Virus record (IMG/VR): IMGVR_UViG_3300025875_000041
Span: 1 to 49,851 of that record
Reading direction: 5' to 3' (one strand)
DNA from: a virus
Lineage: Duplodnaviria > Caudoviricetes
DNA length: 49,851 nucleotides
The notes below the pieces were generated by a model. The model was not told the origin of the DNA. It saw only the letters and a list, made by a program, of their open reading frames with translations, and ran no database searches. Made by a program: the position numbers and the translations under genes. The first letter of the stretch is position 1. The number at the start of each line of letters is the position of its first letter. Below, one piece after another: positions 9,390 through 18,447 of this stretch.

Positions 9390-12300
9390 TGCCGTTCCAG
9401 GCCGAGACCGTGTGGGTACCGACGATCCCGAGCTTCAAGGGTTTCGGCGCGGCCATGGACAAGGGCACGACTGGCGCAGCGGCCAGCGCCGGCGTCAAGG
9501 CTGGTGCGTCGTTCTCGAAGTCGTTCGCGGCAGGCGCTGGCAAGGACCGGTCGTTCGAGGCCGTCGAGAAGCGCATCGCGGACACGGTCAGCGCGTCGAG
9601 CAAGAGGATGGCCGCGGCGCGTACCGCAGAGGAGGACGCAACCCGCAAGGCGCGCACCGAGGAGCAGAAGCTCCAGGAGCTGCGGGAGTCCGGCAAGGCG
9701 AAGGCGTCGCAGCTTTCGACCGCAGAAGACCGTCTGGTGCGCGCTCAGCGTGCGCTGAGGAACGCCCAGGACCAGACCCGCAAGTCGACGCAGGACTACG
9801 ACGACGCGCTCGAGCGGGGCACGCGGGAGCTGAAGGACGCGCACAGCGAGGCGACCCGCTCCGTGTCCGCGTTCGACCGCCTCGGCCGGGCGGTGTCCGG
9901 GGTGAAGGGCGGGCTGAACTTCTCGGGCGTCGGGAACGTCGCGAAGGCCGGCTTGCGCGGCGTCGCGACCGGCGCGGGCGCGGTGGTGGTTGGTCTGACC
10001 GCTGCCGGCGCCGCCGGGGTCGCGTACGGCGTGAAGGTGGCCTCCGGCAACGAGCAGGCTGAGATCAGCTTCACGACGATGCTCGGGTCGGCCCAGAAGG
10101 CCTCCTCGTTCCTCAAGGACCTGCAGCAGTTCGCCGCGACGACGCCGTTCGAGTTCCCCGAGCTGCAGACCGCCGCCTCGTCGCTGATCTCCGCCGGCAT
10201 CGAGGCCGACAAGGTCATCCCGATCATGCGGACCCTCGGCGACGTCACGTCCGGCATGGGCACCGGCTCTGAAGGCGTCCAGCGGGCCACGGTCGCGCTG
10301 CAGCAGATGTCGGCGGCCGGGCGGATCACCGGGGAGGACCTCAACCAGCTCCGCGATGCCGGGGTGCCCGTCTTCGACCTCCTGGCTGCAGCCACGGGCA
10401 AGAGCAAGGCCGAGATCGTCAAGCTCGCCCAGGCTGGGAAGCTCGGCAAGGACGAGCTGGGCCAGCTGATGAAGGCGCTGGAGGACGGCAAGGGGCTCGA
10501 GCGCTTCTCCGGCCTGATGGACAAGCAGAGCCAGTCGCTGCAGGGGCTTGCGTCGACGCTGAAGGACACCCTCGGCCAGGGGCTCGCGGACGCGGTCCGA
10601 CCCTCGTTCCCTGTGATCAAGCAGGGCTTCAAGGAGATCAACGCTGGAGCTGGGGCGTTTTTCGGCTACCTCGACGACCACCGCGAGGACATCACGGCGA
10701 TCGTGGGCGCGGGTGGTGCGGCGCTGAAGTCGTTCTCCCGGATCGCCAAGGGCGCGTTCGGCGGGGCGTCGGACAGCCTGACCGGCGGCACCAGCGCGCT
10801 GACCTCGTTCGCGGACTACGTGTCGTCGCACCAGGCGGACATCACGTCGTTCTTCGTCGGGGCGGGTCACGCGGCGATCGGCTTCGGGAAGGGCCTGGCG
10901 CAGGTCGCCTACGGGGCGCTCCGCGCTTTCCAGGGGCTGAACCAGGGCGTGAACGCTGCACTGGTCGCGATCATCGAGGGCGCGGCTGACACTGCTCGAC
11001 TGCTCGGGAACAACGACCTAGCGGCCAAGCTCGACGGGATGGCGGAGCACGCCCGGACGAAGGCTGCCGCGATGGACGCCTCCCTCGGGGGCGCTGCGGA
11101 CGGCATCAAGAACAAGCTGATCCCGGCGCTCGACGCGGCCGACGCCGGTCTGACCAAGGTCGGCAACGCGGAGATCGCCAAGGCCGCGCTCCGCGATCAA
11201 GCCGCCATGGCTGCGCTGGCGATCAAGGGCATTGGCACCGAGGCTGACGGATCCCAGATCAAGCTGAAGAAGTTCGCCGACATCTCGAAGCTGTCGGCTG
11301 ATCAGCAGGCCGGTCTCAAGGGCCGGATCAACGACGCCCGGACTGCGCTGAACCAGCAGCTCGGCGCGATCCAGGCCGCCGGCGGGGGGCAGAAGCAGCT
11401 CACTGCCGCTTGGAAGGAGGGCAAAGACCGCCTCTACGACGAGTTCCGCCAGATGGGCCTGTCGAAGAAGGCCGCTCAGGACCTGGCAGCGAAGTACGCG
11501 GGCATCAAGCCGAAGGTGAAGACCGAAGTCACACAGCCGGGCATGAAGGATGCCCGAAAGAATACGCAGGGGTTTAAAAAGGACATCGCGAACCTGCCGA
11601 ACAAGAAGAACATCGACATCAAGGTCCAGTTCGACGTCATCGCCAAGGGCATCGACATCGGGATCGCGGCCGCCGCCGACTTCTTCGGGACGAAGAAGGG
11701 CAAGGCCCGGGGCGGCATCATCGAGGGCAAGGCGCGCGGCGGCATCCTCCCCGGCAACACGCCCCTCTCGCGTGGCGATGACATCGCGTTCCCCATGCAG
11801 AGCGGAGCCATCCAGCCGCTGCGCGGCGGCGAGGGCATCACCGTCACCGAGGCACTGCGGGACCCGTACGAGCGCCGTCGGCTGATGACGATGAACCAGC
11901 GTGTCCTGAGCGGGGCATCGCCGTCGTCCGTCCGACAGTCGATGGGTGAGGGCCTGGCGACGGGCGGCTTCGTCGACTCGAGGATCCAGGCACTGGCCGA
12001 GCTGGGGCCGATTCCGAACGTCGCCTCTACCCTGACGAAATCGGCCGGCGCCGTGACGGATCTCGCCGCCGCGATCGGCAAGCGGGCGGCTCAGGAGGCG
12101 CAGAAGAAGTACGCCGAGAGTGGCGGCAACACCGGTGCGGCACTCGCCTTCGCGAAGGCACACAAGGGCCATCCGTACCAGTACGGCACGATCTGGGACT
12201 GCTCGGGGATCGTTGGCGCGATGCACAGCATCGCCAAGGGCGAGGACCCGCACCGCCGCTACGCCACGCCCGCGTTCCATGGCGACAAGGCGCAGGGGTT

Positions 12301-12823
12301 CACGCGGGGCAAGCAGTCGAACTTCATGATCGCGGTGAACCCGAACCCGGGGAAGTCCGGGCACATGGTCGCGCGGGTTAACGGGGTCGGCGTCGAAGAG
12401 GCTGGCGGTGTCGGCCTCCGGGTTGGCGCATCCGCGCGAAGCCTCAGCAACGGCATGTTCTCGTGGCGCGGCGGGCTCGCTCAAGGTGGCATCGTCGGTG
12501 ACCTGCCGTACGACCTGCTCAACCCACGCGGCGAGCGGTACGACCCGAAGCTGCGCCGCGTCGTCGAGCAGACCTCGCTGCGCACCGCGCTGTTCGACCA
12601 GGGCGGCTACCTGCAGCCCGGCCTGACGCTGGCCTACAACGGCACCGGCAAGCCCGAGCGGATCCGCACCGAGGTCCAGGAGCGCAGCGTGCGGCAGGCC
12701 ACGGGGACAACTCGGAACGTGACGCTCAACGCGTACGGGTCAGACCCGCGGCAGACGGCCCGCGAGCTCCACGAGCTCGAGCGGATCGACGATGTGATGA
12801 GCCAGTTCCAGGGCAGGGGGTAG
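9389..12823 (+). CDS. Tape measure protein with C-terminal NlpC/P60-like domain
   Basis: 1144 aa Ala/Gly-rich; FAATTPFE and GRITGEDLNQL tape-measure motifs; PYQYG..DCSG..GH near the C-terminus. Confidence 0.93.
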   Translation: MPFQAETVWVPTIPSFKGFGAAMDKGTTGAAASAGVKAGASFSKSFAAGAGKDRSFEAVEKRIADTVSASSKRMAAARTAEEDATRKARTEEQKLQELRESGKAKASQLSTAEDRLVRAQRALRNAQDQTRKSTQDYDDALERGTRELKDAHSEATRSVSAFDRLGRAVSGVKGGLNFSGVGNVAKAGLRGVATGAGAVVVGLTAAGAAGVAYGVKVASGNEQAEISFTTMLGSAQKASSFLKDLQQFAATTPFEFPELQTAASSLISAGIEADKVIPIMRTLGDVTSGMGTGSEGVQRATVALQQMSAAGRITGEDLNQLRDAGVPVFDLLAAATGKSKAEIVKLAQAGKLGKDELGQLMKALEDGKGLERFSGLMDKQSQSLQGLASTLKDTLGQGLADAVRPSFPVIKQGFKEINAGAGAFFGYLDDHREDITAIVGAGGAALKSFSRIAKGAFGGASDSLTGGTSALTSFADYVSSHQADITSFFVGAGHAAIGFGKGLAQVAYGALRAFQGLNQGVNAALVAIIEGAADTARLLGNNDLAAKLDGMAEHARTKAAAMDASLGGAADGIKNKLIPALDAADAGLTKVGNAEIAKAALRDQAAMAALAIKGIGTEADGSQIKLKKFADISKLSADQQAGLKGRINDARTALNQQLGAIQAAGGGQKQLTAAWKEGKDRLYDEFRQMGLSKKAAQDLAAKYAGIKPKVKTEVTQPGMKDARKNTQGFKKDIANLPNKKNIDIKVQFDVIAKGIDIGIAAAADFFGTKKGKARGGIIEGKARGGILPGNTPLSRGDDIAFPMQSGAIQPLRGGEGITVTEALRDPYERRRLMTMNQRVLSGASPSSVRQSMGEGLATGGFVDSRIQALAELGPIPNVASTLTKSAGAVTDLAAAIGKRAAQEAQKKYAESGGNTGAALAFAKAHKGHPYQYGTIWDCSGIVGAMHSIAKGEDPHRRYATPAFHGDKAQGFTRGKQSNFMIAVNPNPGKSGHMVARVNGVGVEEAGGVGLRVGASARSLSNGMFSWRGGLAQGGIVGDLPYDLLNPRGERYDPKLRRVVEQTSLRTALFDQGGYLQPGLTLAYNGTGKPERIRTEVQERSVRQATGTTRNVTLNAYGSDPRQTARELHELERIDDVMSQFQGRG

Positions 12824-12826
12824 CGC

Positions 12827-13783
12827 GTGCCCTATCTCGGTGGTGGCATCCCTGTGCTCGACGAGGACGACAACAACCAGCCGATCCTCAACGGCTTCGA
12901 GGAGTCGCGGACCCTAGCGTTCCGGTCGCTCGACGGGGCCAACCTGATCTCGTTTGTCGGCGATGAGTACATCGCGCGGGTGGGTGTGACCGGCATCGAG
13001 GTCCCGCCGCGCGAGCTCGTCGAGCAGGAGTCGCAGGGCGAGGACGGCGCGCAGCTGGACGAGATCAAGGTGCTGGCGCGGACGTGGTCCGTGCCCCTGC
13101 GCATCGGGTCGAACTCGGGCCACCGCGACTTCCTCACCAAGCGCAGCGCCGTGCGGGCCCTGCTGAACCACCGCAGCGTCGACTACCAGGCGCACGGCGG
13201 CACCTTCGACCTGGTCGCCAACAGCGTCCTCGGCGAGCGTGCGCTCCGGTCGACGTACCTGTCGGGCTGGGAGGGTGACTGGCAGCAGGCGACGGCCGGG
13301 TCGTACTTCGAGACCGTGCCGATCGTCGGGCGCTCCGTGCGCCCGTACTGGACGAGCGAGCGGTGGACGACGCCGCCGATCATGCGCCCGACCGGCTTCT
13401 CCTGGTTCGGCTCCTGGCCGCCCGTGCTGTCCCCGTCGCGGACGCTCGGCGCCGACATCACCGTCTCCGTAGACGGAGACGCGAGCTCGTGGCCGAAGAT
13501 CGAGGTCGGCGGCTACGCCCCGTCGGTCGAGATCAGCGGGCCCGGCCTCTACGTGGTGGTCCCCGACGGCCTGGCCGACGGCGAGACGTTCACCCTCGAC
13601 ACGTACCCGCCGAACCGCTTCCCGCTGTTCAACGGCCAGCTCGACTGGGGTCGGCTCGGCTGGCAGCGACGCTGGGCGCCGATGGCGCCCGGGGACAACC
13701 TGTTCAACATCGACCTCGGCGTGGCCGGCGGGAAGGCGTGGGCCGTCGTGTCCGGGCCGACCCTGTGGGAAACCCCGTGGTAG
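12827..13783 (+). CDS. Distal tail (Dit-like) minor tail protein
   Basis: Directly after tape measure; PYW and PGDN motifs. Confidence 0.75.
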   Translation: MPYLGGGIPVLDEDDNNQPILNGFEESRTLAFRSLDGANLISFVGDEYIARVGVTGIEVPPRELVEQESQGEDGAQLDEIKVLARTWSVPLRIGSNSGHRDFLTKRSAVRALLNHRSVDYQAHGGTFDLVANSVLGERALRSTYLSGWEGDWQQATAGSYFETVPIVGRSVRPYWTSERWTTPPIMRPTGFSWFGSWPPVLSPSRTLGADITVSVDGDASSWPKIEVGGYAPSVEISGPGLYVVVPDGLADGETFTLDTYPPNRFPLFNGQLDWGRLGWQRRWAPMAPGDNLFNIDLGVAGGKAWAVVSGPTLWETPW

Positions 13784-15804
13784 CGGTCGGCGTCCCGGTG
13801 ATGTTCGGGAACTGCTCGGGGTCGAAGTCGCTTCACGGGTCGAACCGCATCATCGGCGGGCGAGACTGGGCCGCGCGCGTTCCCGACTTGGCTGCCGCGA
13901 TCAACTCGTCTGGCTGCTGGGTCTTCGGCGCCTCCGAGGTCCACGCCCCCGACGACGAGTGGAAGGACAGCGCCTACCCGGCCGGCGGCCACAAGTACCT
14001 CGAGGCGGCGCTGAAGGCGCTCGACCCGGCCTGGGCCATCGCGGCCGGCGCGGAGGGCAACTGGACGTACATCCTGACGAGCAGGGTCAGCCTGGTCTCG
14101 TCGAAGAACGTCCACTACGAGAAGGCGTACGACCGGGGCTTCACCGACTGCCTGGTCGCGGTGACCGGGACGACCCTGCAGACGCACGTGCTGAACACGC
14201 ACTTCACCGCGCACGACGACAAGGGCCACGACGCCGCCCGCGCCCGGCAGGCTCGCCAGATGGTCGCCTACGCCAAGAAGCTCGGCCGCGCGGTGTGGGG
14301 CGGCGACATCAACTCCTCGAGCGGGCGTAAGAACTACCCCCGCGACATCGCCTTCAAGGCCGGGTGGCGGGGCCTGCGCCAGCGCGGCTCGGTCGTCAAC
14401 GGCGGCCTGAGCTCGTTCTCGACGAACCCGAAGAAGGACTACTGGCTCGACGAGCTCTTCACCCGCGAGAGCGAAGCCGTGACGGGCGCGACGCTGGTCC
14501 TGACGAACGGCGTCAACGGGTCGAAGGTGATCACCGACCACAACTGGCTGAAGGCCACCGTCGTCTTCGACACCGCGGCCAGCCCCTACGTGGCCCCCGC
14601 GCTGAAGCCGCTCGAATCCTCCCCGGTCGTCATGCCGAAGCCCTACTCAGGCCTCCCGTGGACCGCGACCGCCCGGGACCGCGAGCTGAACTTCACCTCC
14701 GACATCCGGCTCACCACGGCGACGCTGCAGGAGAACTGGAACACCCCGGACATGCTCACCGTGACCGGCACGTGGGCCGGCCTGGCGCCGCTGTTCGAGG
14801 CCGGGGCCGGCGTCGAGGTGCGCGACGACCAGAACAAGCAGCGGCTCACCGGCCCGGGCATCGACATCCAGGACGAGGGCACTCGCCGCGGCACGGTCAT
14901 CTTCGCCAGCGACCTGATCATGCTGTGGGAGCGGATCTGCTACCCGGACCCGACGAAGGACTGGAAGGCGCAGGGCACCGCGACGCAGGACGTCCGGGTG
15001 GGCACGAGCGAAGCACGCCTCCTGGCGTACATCAACGTCAACCTCGGTCCCGGAGCCCTGGACACCCGCAGGGAGCCGCTCCTGCGCCTGCCCGCCTCGC
15101 GCGGGCGCGGCCCGATCGGCACGACGTCTGCGAACTCGTCGCAGACCCTCGGCGACGTGTGTGCGGCCCTCGCCGAAGAGGCCGAGCTGCGGATGCGGAT
15201 CGTGTTCACCGTCGACGCGAGCGGCCCGCACTTCGACCTGGTCCTCGACGACTGCCCCGACGTGTCCGGGTGGGCGTCGTTCTCCACCCCCGACGCCGGC
15301 GGGCCGTACCTGCTCGACGAGAGCTGGCGGCGTCGGATCGCCCGCCCCGCCGCGACGACGATCCTGTCGATCGCCGGCGAGGAGACAGCCCGCATCCTCA
15401 CCGAGAGGACCGACCAGGACGCGTGCGACACGTGGCGCGGCCGCGGGGGCCTGAGGATCGAGCAGGTCCTCGACCAGTCCGGCACCACCGACGTCGCCGA
15501 GATCGCCGCCGGCATCGACGAGGCCATCGCCTCCGGCGCCGGGCCCTCAGAGCAGTCGCTCCCGATCGGCCGCGCTCAGGGTCTCGGAGACCTCGTTCCC
15601 GTCGGCTCCCTGGTTGGGGCGTCGGTGCGCGGCGACGACACCGTGGACCGGCTCCGGCAGATCACGACCACCCTGGCCCGCCAGCAGGGCCAGCCGACGC
15701 TCACCGTGACCGGCTCCATCGGGACGCCCGACGGCGTCCTCACCCCCAAGCAGCGCCAGCTCGCCGCCGCGCTCACCTCAGCGAAGGAAGGACAGCGCCT
15801 GTGA
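13777..15804 (+). CDS. Minor tail (Gp37/Tal-like) protein with N-terminal EEP domain
   Basis: EEP motifs FGN, ASEV, NTHF, GGDINS, LDELF, TDHN; C-terminal half resembles actinophage post-Dit baseplate proteins (YINVNLGPGA, RIEQVLD). Confidence 0.72.
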   Translation: MVAVGVPVMFGNCSGSKSLHGSNRIIGGRDWAARVPDLAAAINSSGCWVFGASEVHAPDDEWKDSAYPAGGHKYLEAALKALDPAWAIAAGAEGNWTYILTSRVSLVSSKNVHYEKAYDRGFTDCLVAVTGTTLQTHVLNTHFTAHDDKGHDAARARQARQMVAYAKKLGRAVWGGDINSSSGRKNYPRDIAFKAGWRGLRQRGSVVNGGLSSFSTNPKKDYWLDELFTRESEAVTGATLVLTNGVNGSKVITDHNWLKATVVFDTAASPYVAPALKPLESSPVVMPKPYSGLPWTATARDRELNFTSDIRLTTATLQENWNTPDMLTVTGTWAGLAPLFEAGAGVEVRDDQNKQRLTGPGIDIQDEGTRRGTVIFASDLIMLWERICYPDPTKDWKAQGTATQDVRVGTSEARLLAYINVNLGPGALDTRREPLLRLPASRGRGPIGTTSANSSQTLGDVCAALAEEAELRMRIVFTVDASGPHFDLVLDDCPDVSGWASFSTPDAGGPYLLDESWRRRIARPAATTILSIAGEETARILTERTDQDACDTWRGRGGLRIEQVLDQSGTTDVAEIAAGIDEAIASGAGPSEQSLPIGRAQGLGDLVPVGSLVGASVRGDDTVDRLRQITTTLARQQGQPTLTVTGSIGTPDGVLTPKQRQLAAALTSAKEGQRL

Positions 15805-16769
15805 CGACCACCTCACGGCCCGCCAACGGGGTCGGTGGCTTCTCCGACGCCGACTGGGCCACCCGCTTCGGCGGCCAGGACGGCATCATCGAGGACTACG
15901 ACGGCCACTCGTTCGACATGACCCTGCTCAACGGGTCGAACGAGGCGCAGTTCACCGCCGCGCTCATCAGTGTCAACGGCTACACGCTGACGGTGCCCGC
16001 TGGCGAGCGGGTGTCCCTGCCCGCGCCGACGTCCGGGTCGAAGACGTTCCACATCGGCGTGCTGTTCGACTCGGCGCTGAACGTGCCCGTCGCCGTCACG
16101 CAGCAGGACGGCAGCGTCGTGCAGACCGCCACCGACGCCGGTCCGTGCCGGCTGATGGCGTACGAGGACGGCACGGTCCCCGACAGCACCGGCAAGCGGT
16201 TCCTGATCCTCTACACCCTCACCCGCACGTCCGCGGCTCTGACGGGCGCCACCGTGTCCGACCGACGCCGCTGGGTCGGCGTCGCCATCGACTTTCCCTA
16301 CGTCCGCGGGCTCGACGCCGCACCGGGCAACGAAGGGTTCTACCCGCGCGGCAGCATCCGCATTGACGCCCCGAACGGCCGGGTGCTCTGCCGGACCCTC
16401 ACCAGCGCCGGGCTCGTCTGGACCGACCCGCTCGCCGCCGGCCCGTTCCCGTTCCCGTTCGCGTCGAACATCATCGCCCGCAACGCCACCGGCAACAGGG
16501 TCACCTACAGCAAGCGCGCCGGCCTCGCGAAGCTCGTCGGCGACGTGCAGAAGTCGAGTGGCAGCTTCTCCAGCGAAACCACCCTCGGCTACCTCCCGCT
16601 CGGCTTCCGCCCCGCCGTCCCCGAGCGGCTGCTTTGCAAGACGTCCGGGGCGGGCGGGCAGACCGAGGTCCGCGTCGATCCGAGCAACGGTGCCGTCGTC
16701 GTCACCGACAACGGCGACACCTTCAGCTGGGTCAACCTCTCACCCGTGATCTTTGAGGCAGGAATCTGA
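15801..16769 (+). CDS. Minor tail protein
   Basis: GTGA overlap; C-terminal LGYLPLGFRP motif typical of tail fibre tip domains. Confidence 0.7.
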   Translation: MTTTSRPANGVGGFSDADWATRFGGQDGIIEDYDGHSFDMTLLNGSNEAQFTAALISVNGYTLTVPAGERVSLPAPTSGSKTFHIGVLFDSALNVPVAVTQQDGSVVQTATDAGPCRLMAYEDGTVPDSTGKRFLILYTLTRTSAALTGATVSDRRRWVGVAIDFPYVRGLDAAPGNEGFYPRGSIRIDAPNGRVLCRTLTSAGLVWTDPLAAGPFPFPFASNIIARNATGNRVTYSKRAGLAKLVGDVQKSSGSFSSETTLGYLPLGFRPAVPERLLCKTSGAGGQTEVRVDPSNGAVVVTDNGDTFSWVNLSPVIFEAGI

Positions 16770-16770
16770 C

Positions 16771-18444
16771 GTGACGCGCCACTTCTTCGCCCCCGAGCCG
16801 ATCTTCCTCACGCCGGTCCCGCCCGCCGTGATCATCGGCATCAGCCAGCCCTTCGCGCTGTACGACAGCCGCGAGGGCGGCAATCAGATCACCGACTGCA
16901 CCGCGTCCGACGGCCTCACCCAGCTGACGCCGGTGAACGGGCGCTACCTGGCTGACGGCACCGGGCAACCGCCCGCCTTCTACGGGCCCAACGACGTCGT
17001 CCTGCTGTGGCTCGACGCCGGCGGCGACGCGCGGTACCCGCTCTTCGCGGTCGACGTCTTCCCGACGGTCGTGGCGAAGGTCCTCGAGTGGATCGCCAGC
17101 GGTGGCACCGTCGACTACACCAGCCAGGCGTTCATCGACGCCGTGGTGGCAGCTGCTCCTTCGGGAGCCGGCGCTGTCGACTACACGAGCGCGTCCTTCA
17201 AGGAGGCCGTCCAGGACCTCGTCGCGGACGAGTTCGCCGGGACGCAGGGCGCGGGCGTCTCCGTCGCCTACAACGACACCACGGGGAAGCTCGCGGTCAC
17301 CGTAGCCAGCGGCACCTCCGGCGGGCTCGACGCGGAGGGCGTCCAGGACGTGCTCGGCGCGATGGTCACCCAGGCAGGCGGCACGTACAACGACACGGCC
17401 GGCACGATCACGCTCCCCTCGAGCGGAGGCGGCACGGCGACCTTCGACGCCGAGGCTGTTCGCGACGCAATCGGGACCGCGATGAGCGGAACCGGCATGG
17501 TCACCGTGACATCGAACGATGCGGCCGACACCATCGTCGTCTCCGGATCGAGCGCTCTCGCCGCCGCCCTGTCCGCGAAGGCCGACCTTGTCGGCGGGAA
17601 GGTGCCAGCCAGCCAGCTACCCACCTCGAGCACGCCCACCGGCATCCTGCCCGTCGGCATCCTGCCCGCTGGCACGAACCCGCCTGCAGGCTCTCCGATC
17701 CCGGCGTACTACCTGACGCCGGTCACGGTGTCTACCTCCGCCCCTGCGGCGTCGCGGGTCGCTGCCAGCTCGGTGAGCAACGCCGCGACCAAGGCTCTTC
17801 TGGTGCCGATCCCCGCGGGCGCCGCAGTCGGCGACGTCGCGATTGTCTCCACCGTGCACAGCCCCTCGGACGGCGCGACGACGCCGGCGGCGACCGCCGC
17901 CTACACCGCGATCGCCGGCAGCGGATGGACCGGGAAGGCTTCGTCGACGCTCGCGTTCTCGAGCCGCATGGAGGTGTACGCGACGGTCCTCACCTCGGAC
18001 GACCTGACCAACGGCCTCACGATCAACGTGGTCAACGTGCAGCAGATGGTCGCCTCGATCGAGGTGCTGCGGAACGTCGCCGGCGGACTTGCCGGGGTGA
18101 CCGCCACGATCCTCAAGGACACCACCTCGACCTCCGTCAAGCCGCTGCCCTCGCTGCCGATCACTCAGAAGTCGCTGGTGCGCGCGCTCTACGGAGAGCG
18201 TCGGACCGACGCCTCGCTCGGCGGCACCTTCGCCACCTCGGGCGCGGCGATCACGCCGGACTTCTGGACTGCTCGCACCGGCACTGGTGCGGTGGCGCTT
18301 GCTCTCGCCACTTACCCGGCGGCAGACACCGACTCCACGGCGGGTGGCTCCGGCGACGCGTGGACGATCACGACCCCGGGCGCCACCGGCACCGCCGCCA
18401 ACCCGAACGGGTACGCCGCTGTCGTCGCGATCGCGAGCGCCTGA
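16771..18444 (+). CDS. Tail fibre-like minor tail protein
   Basis: EAVQD/EGVQD/EAVRD and YNDTxG repeats; KADLVGGKVPASQLP motif; Thr/Ala/Gly-rich. Confidence 0.65.
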   Translation: MTRHFFAPEPIFLTPVPPAVIIGISQPFALYDSREGGNQITDCTASDGLTQLTPVNGRYLADGTGQPPAFYGPNDVVLLWLDAGGDARYPLFAVDVFPTVVAKVLEWIASGGTVDYTSQAFIDAVVAAAPSGAGAVDYTSASFKEAVQDLVADEFAGTQGAGVSVAYNDTTGKLAVTVASGTSGGLDAEGVQDVLGAMVTQAGGTYNDTAGTITLPSSGGGTATFDAEAVRDAIGTAMSGTGMVTVTSNDAADTIVVSGSSALAAALSAKADLVGGKVPASQLPTSSTPTGILPVGILPAGTNPPAGSPIPAYYLTPVTVSTSAPAASRVAASSVSNAATKALLVPIPAGAAVGDVAIVSTVHSPSDGATTPAATAAYTAIAGSGWTGKASSTLAFSSRMEVYATVLTSDDLTNGLTINVVNVQQMVASIEVLRNVAGGLAGVTATILKDTTSTSVKPLPSLPITQKSLVRALYGERRTDASLGGTFATSGAAITPDFWTARTGTGAVALALATYPAADTDSTAGGSGDAWTITTPGATGTAANPNGYAAVVAIASA

Positions 18445-18447
18445 CCG

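Noticed and set aside
11568-11582. GGG TTT AAA AAG as a frameshift site in the tape measure gene
   Set aside because: AT-rich, but no in-frame X XXY YYZ heptamer and no evident purpose for a shifted product
11695-11750. Tandem GKARGGI duplication in the tape measure protein
   Set aside because: Ordinary AxGG-type motif repetition in tape measure C-terminal regions
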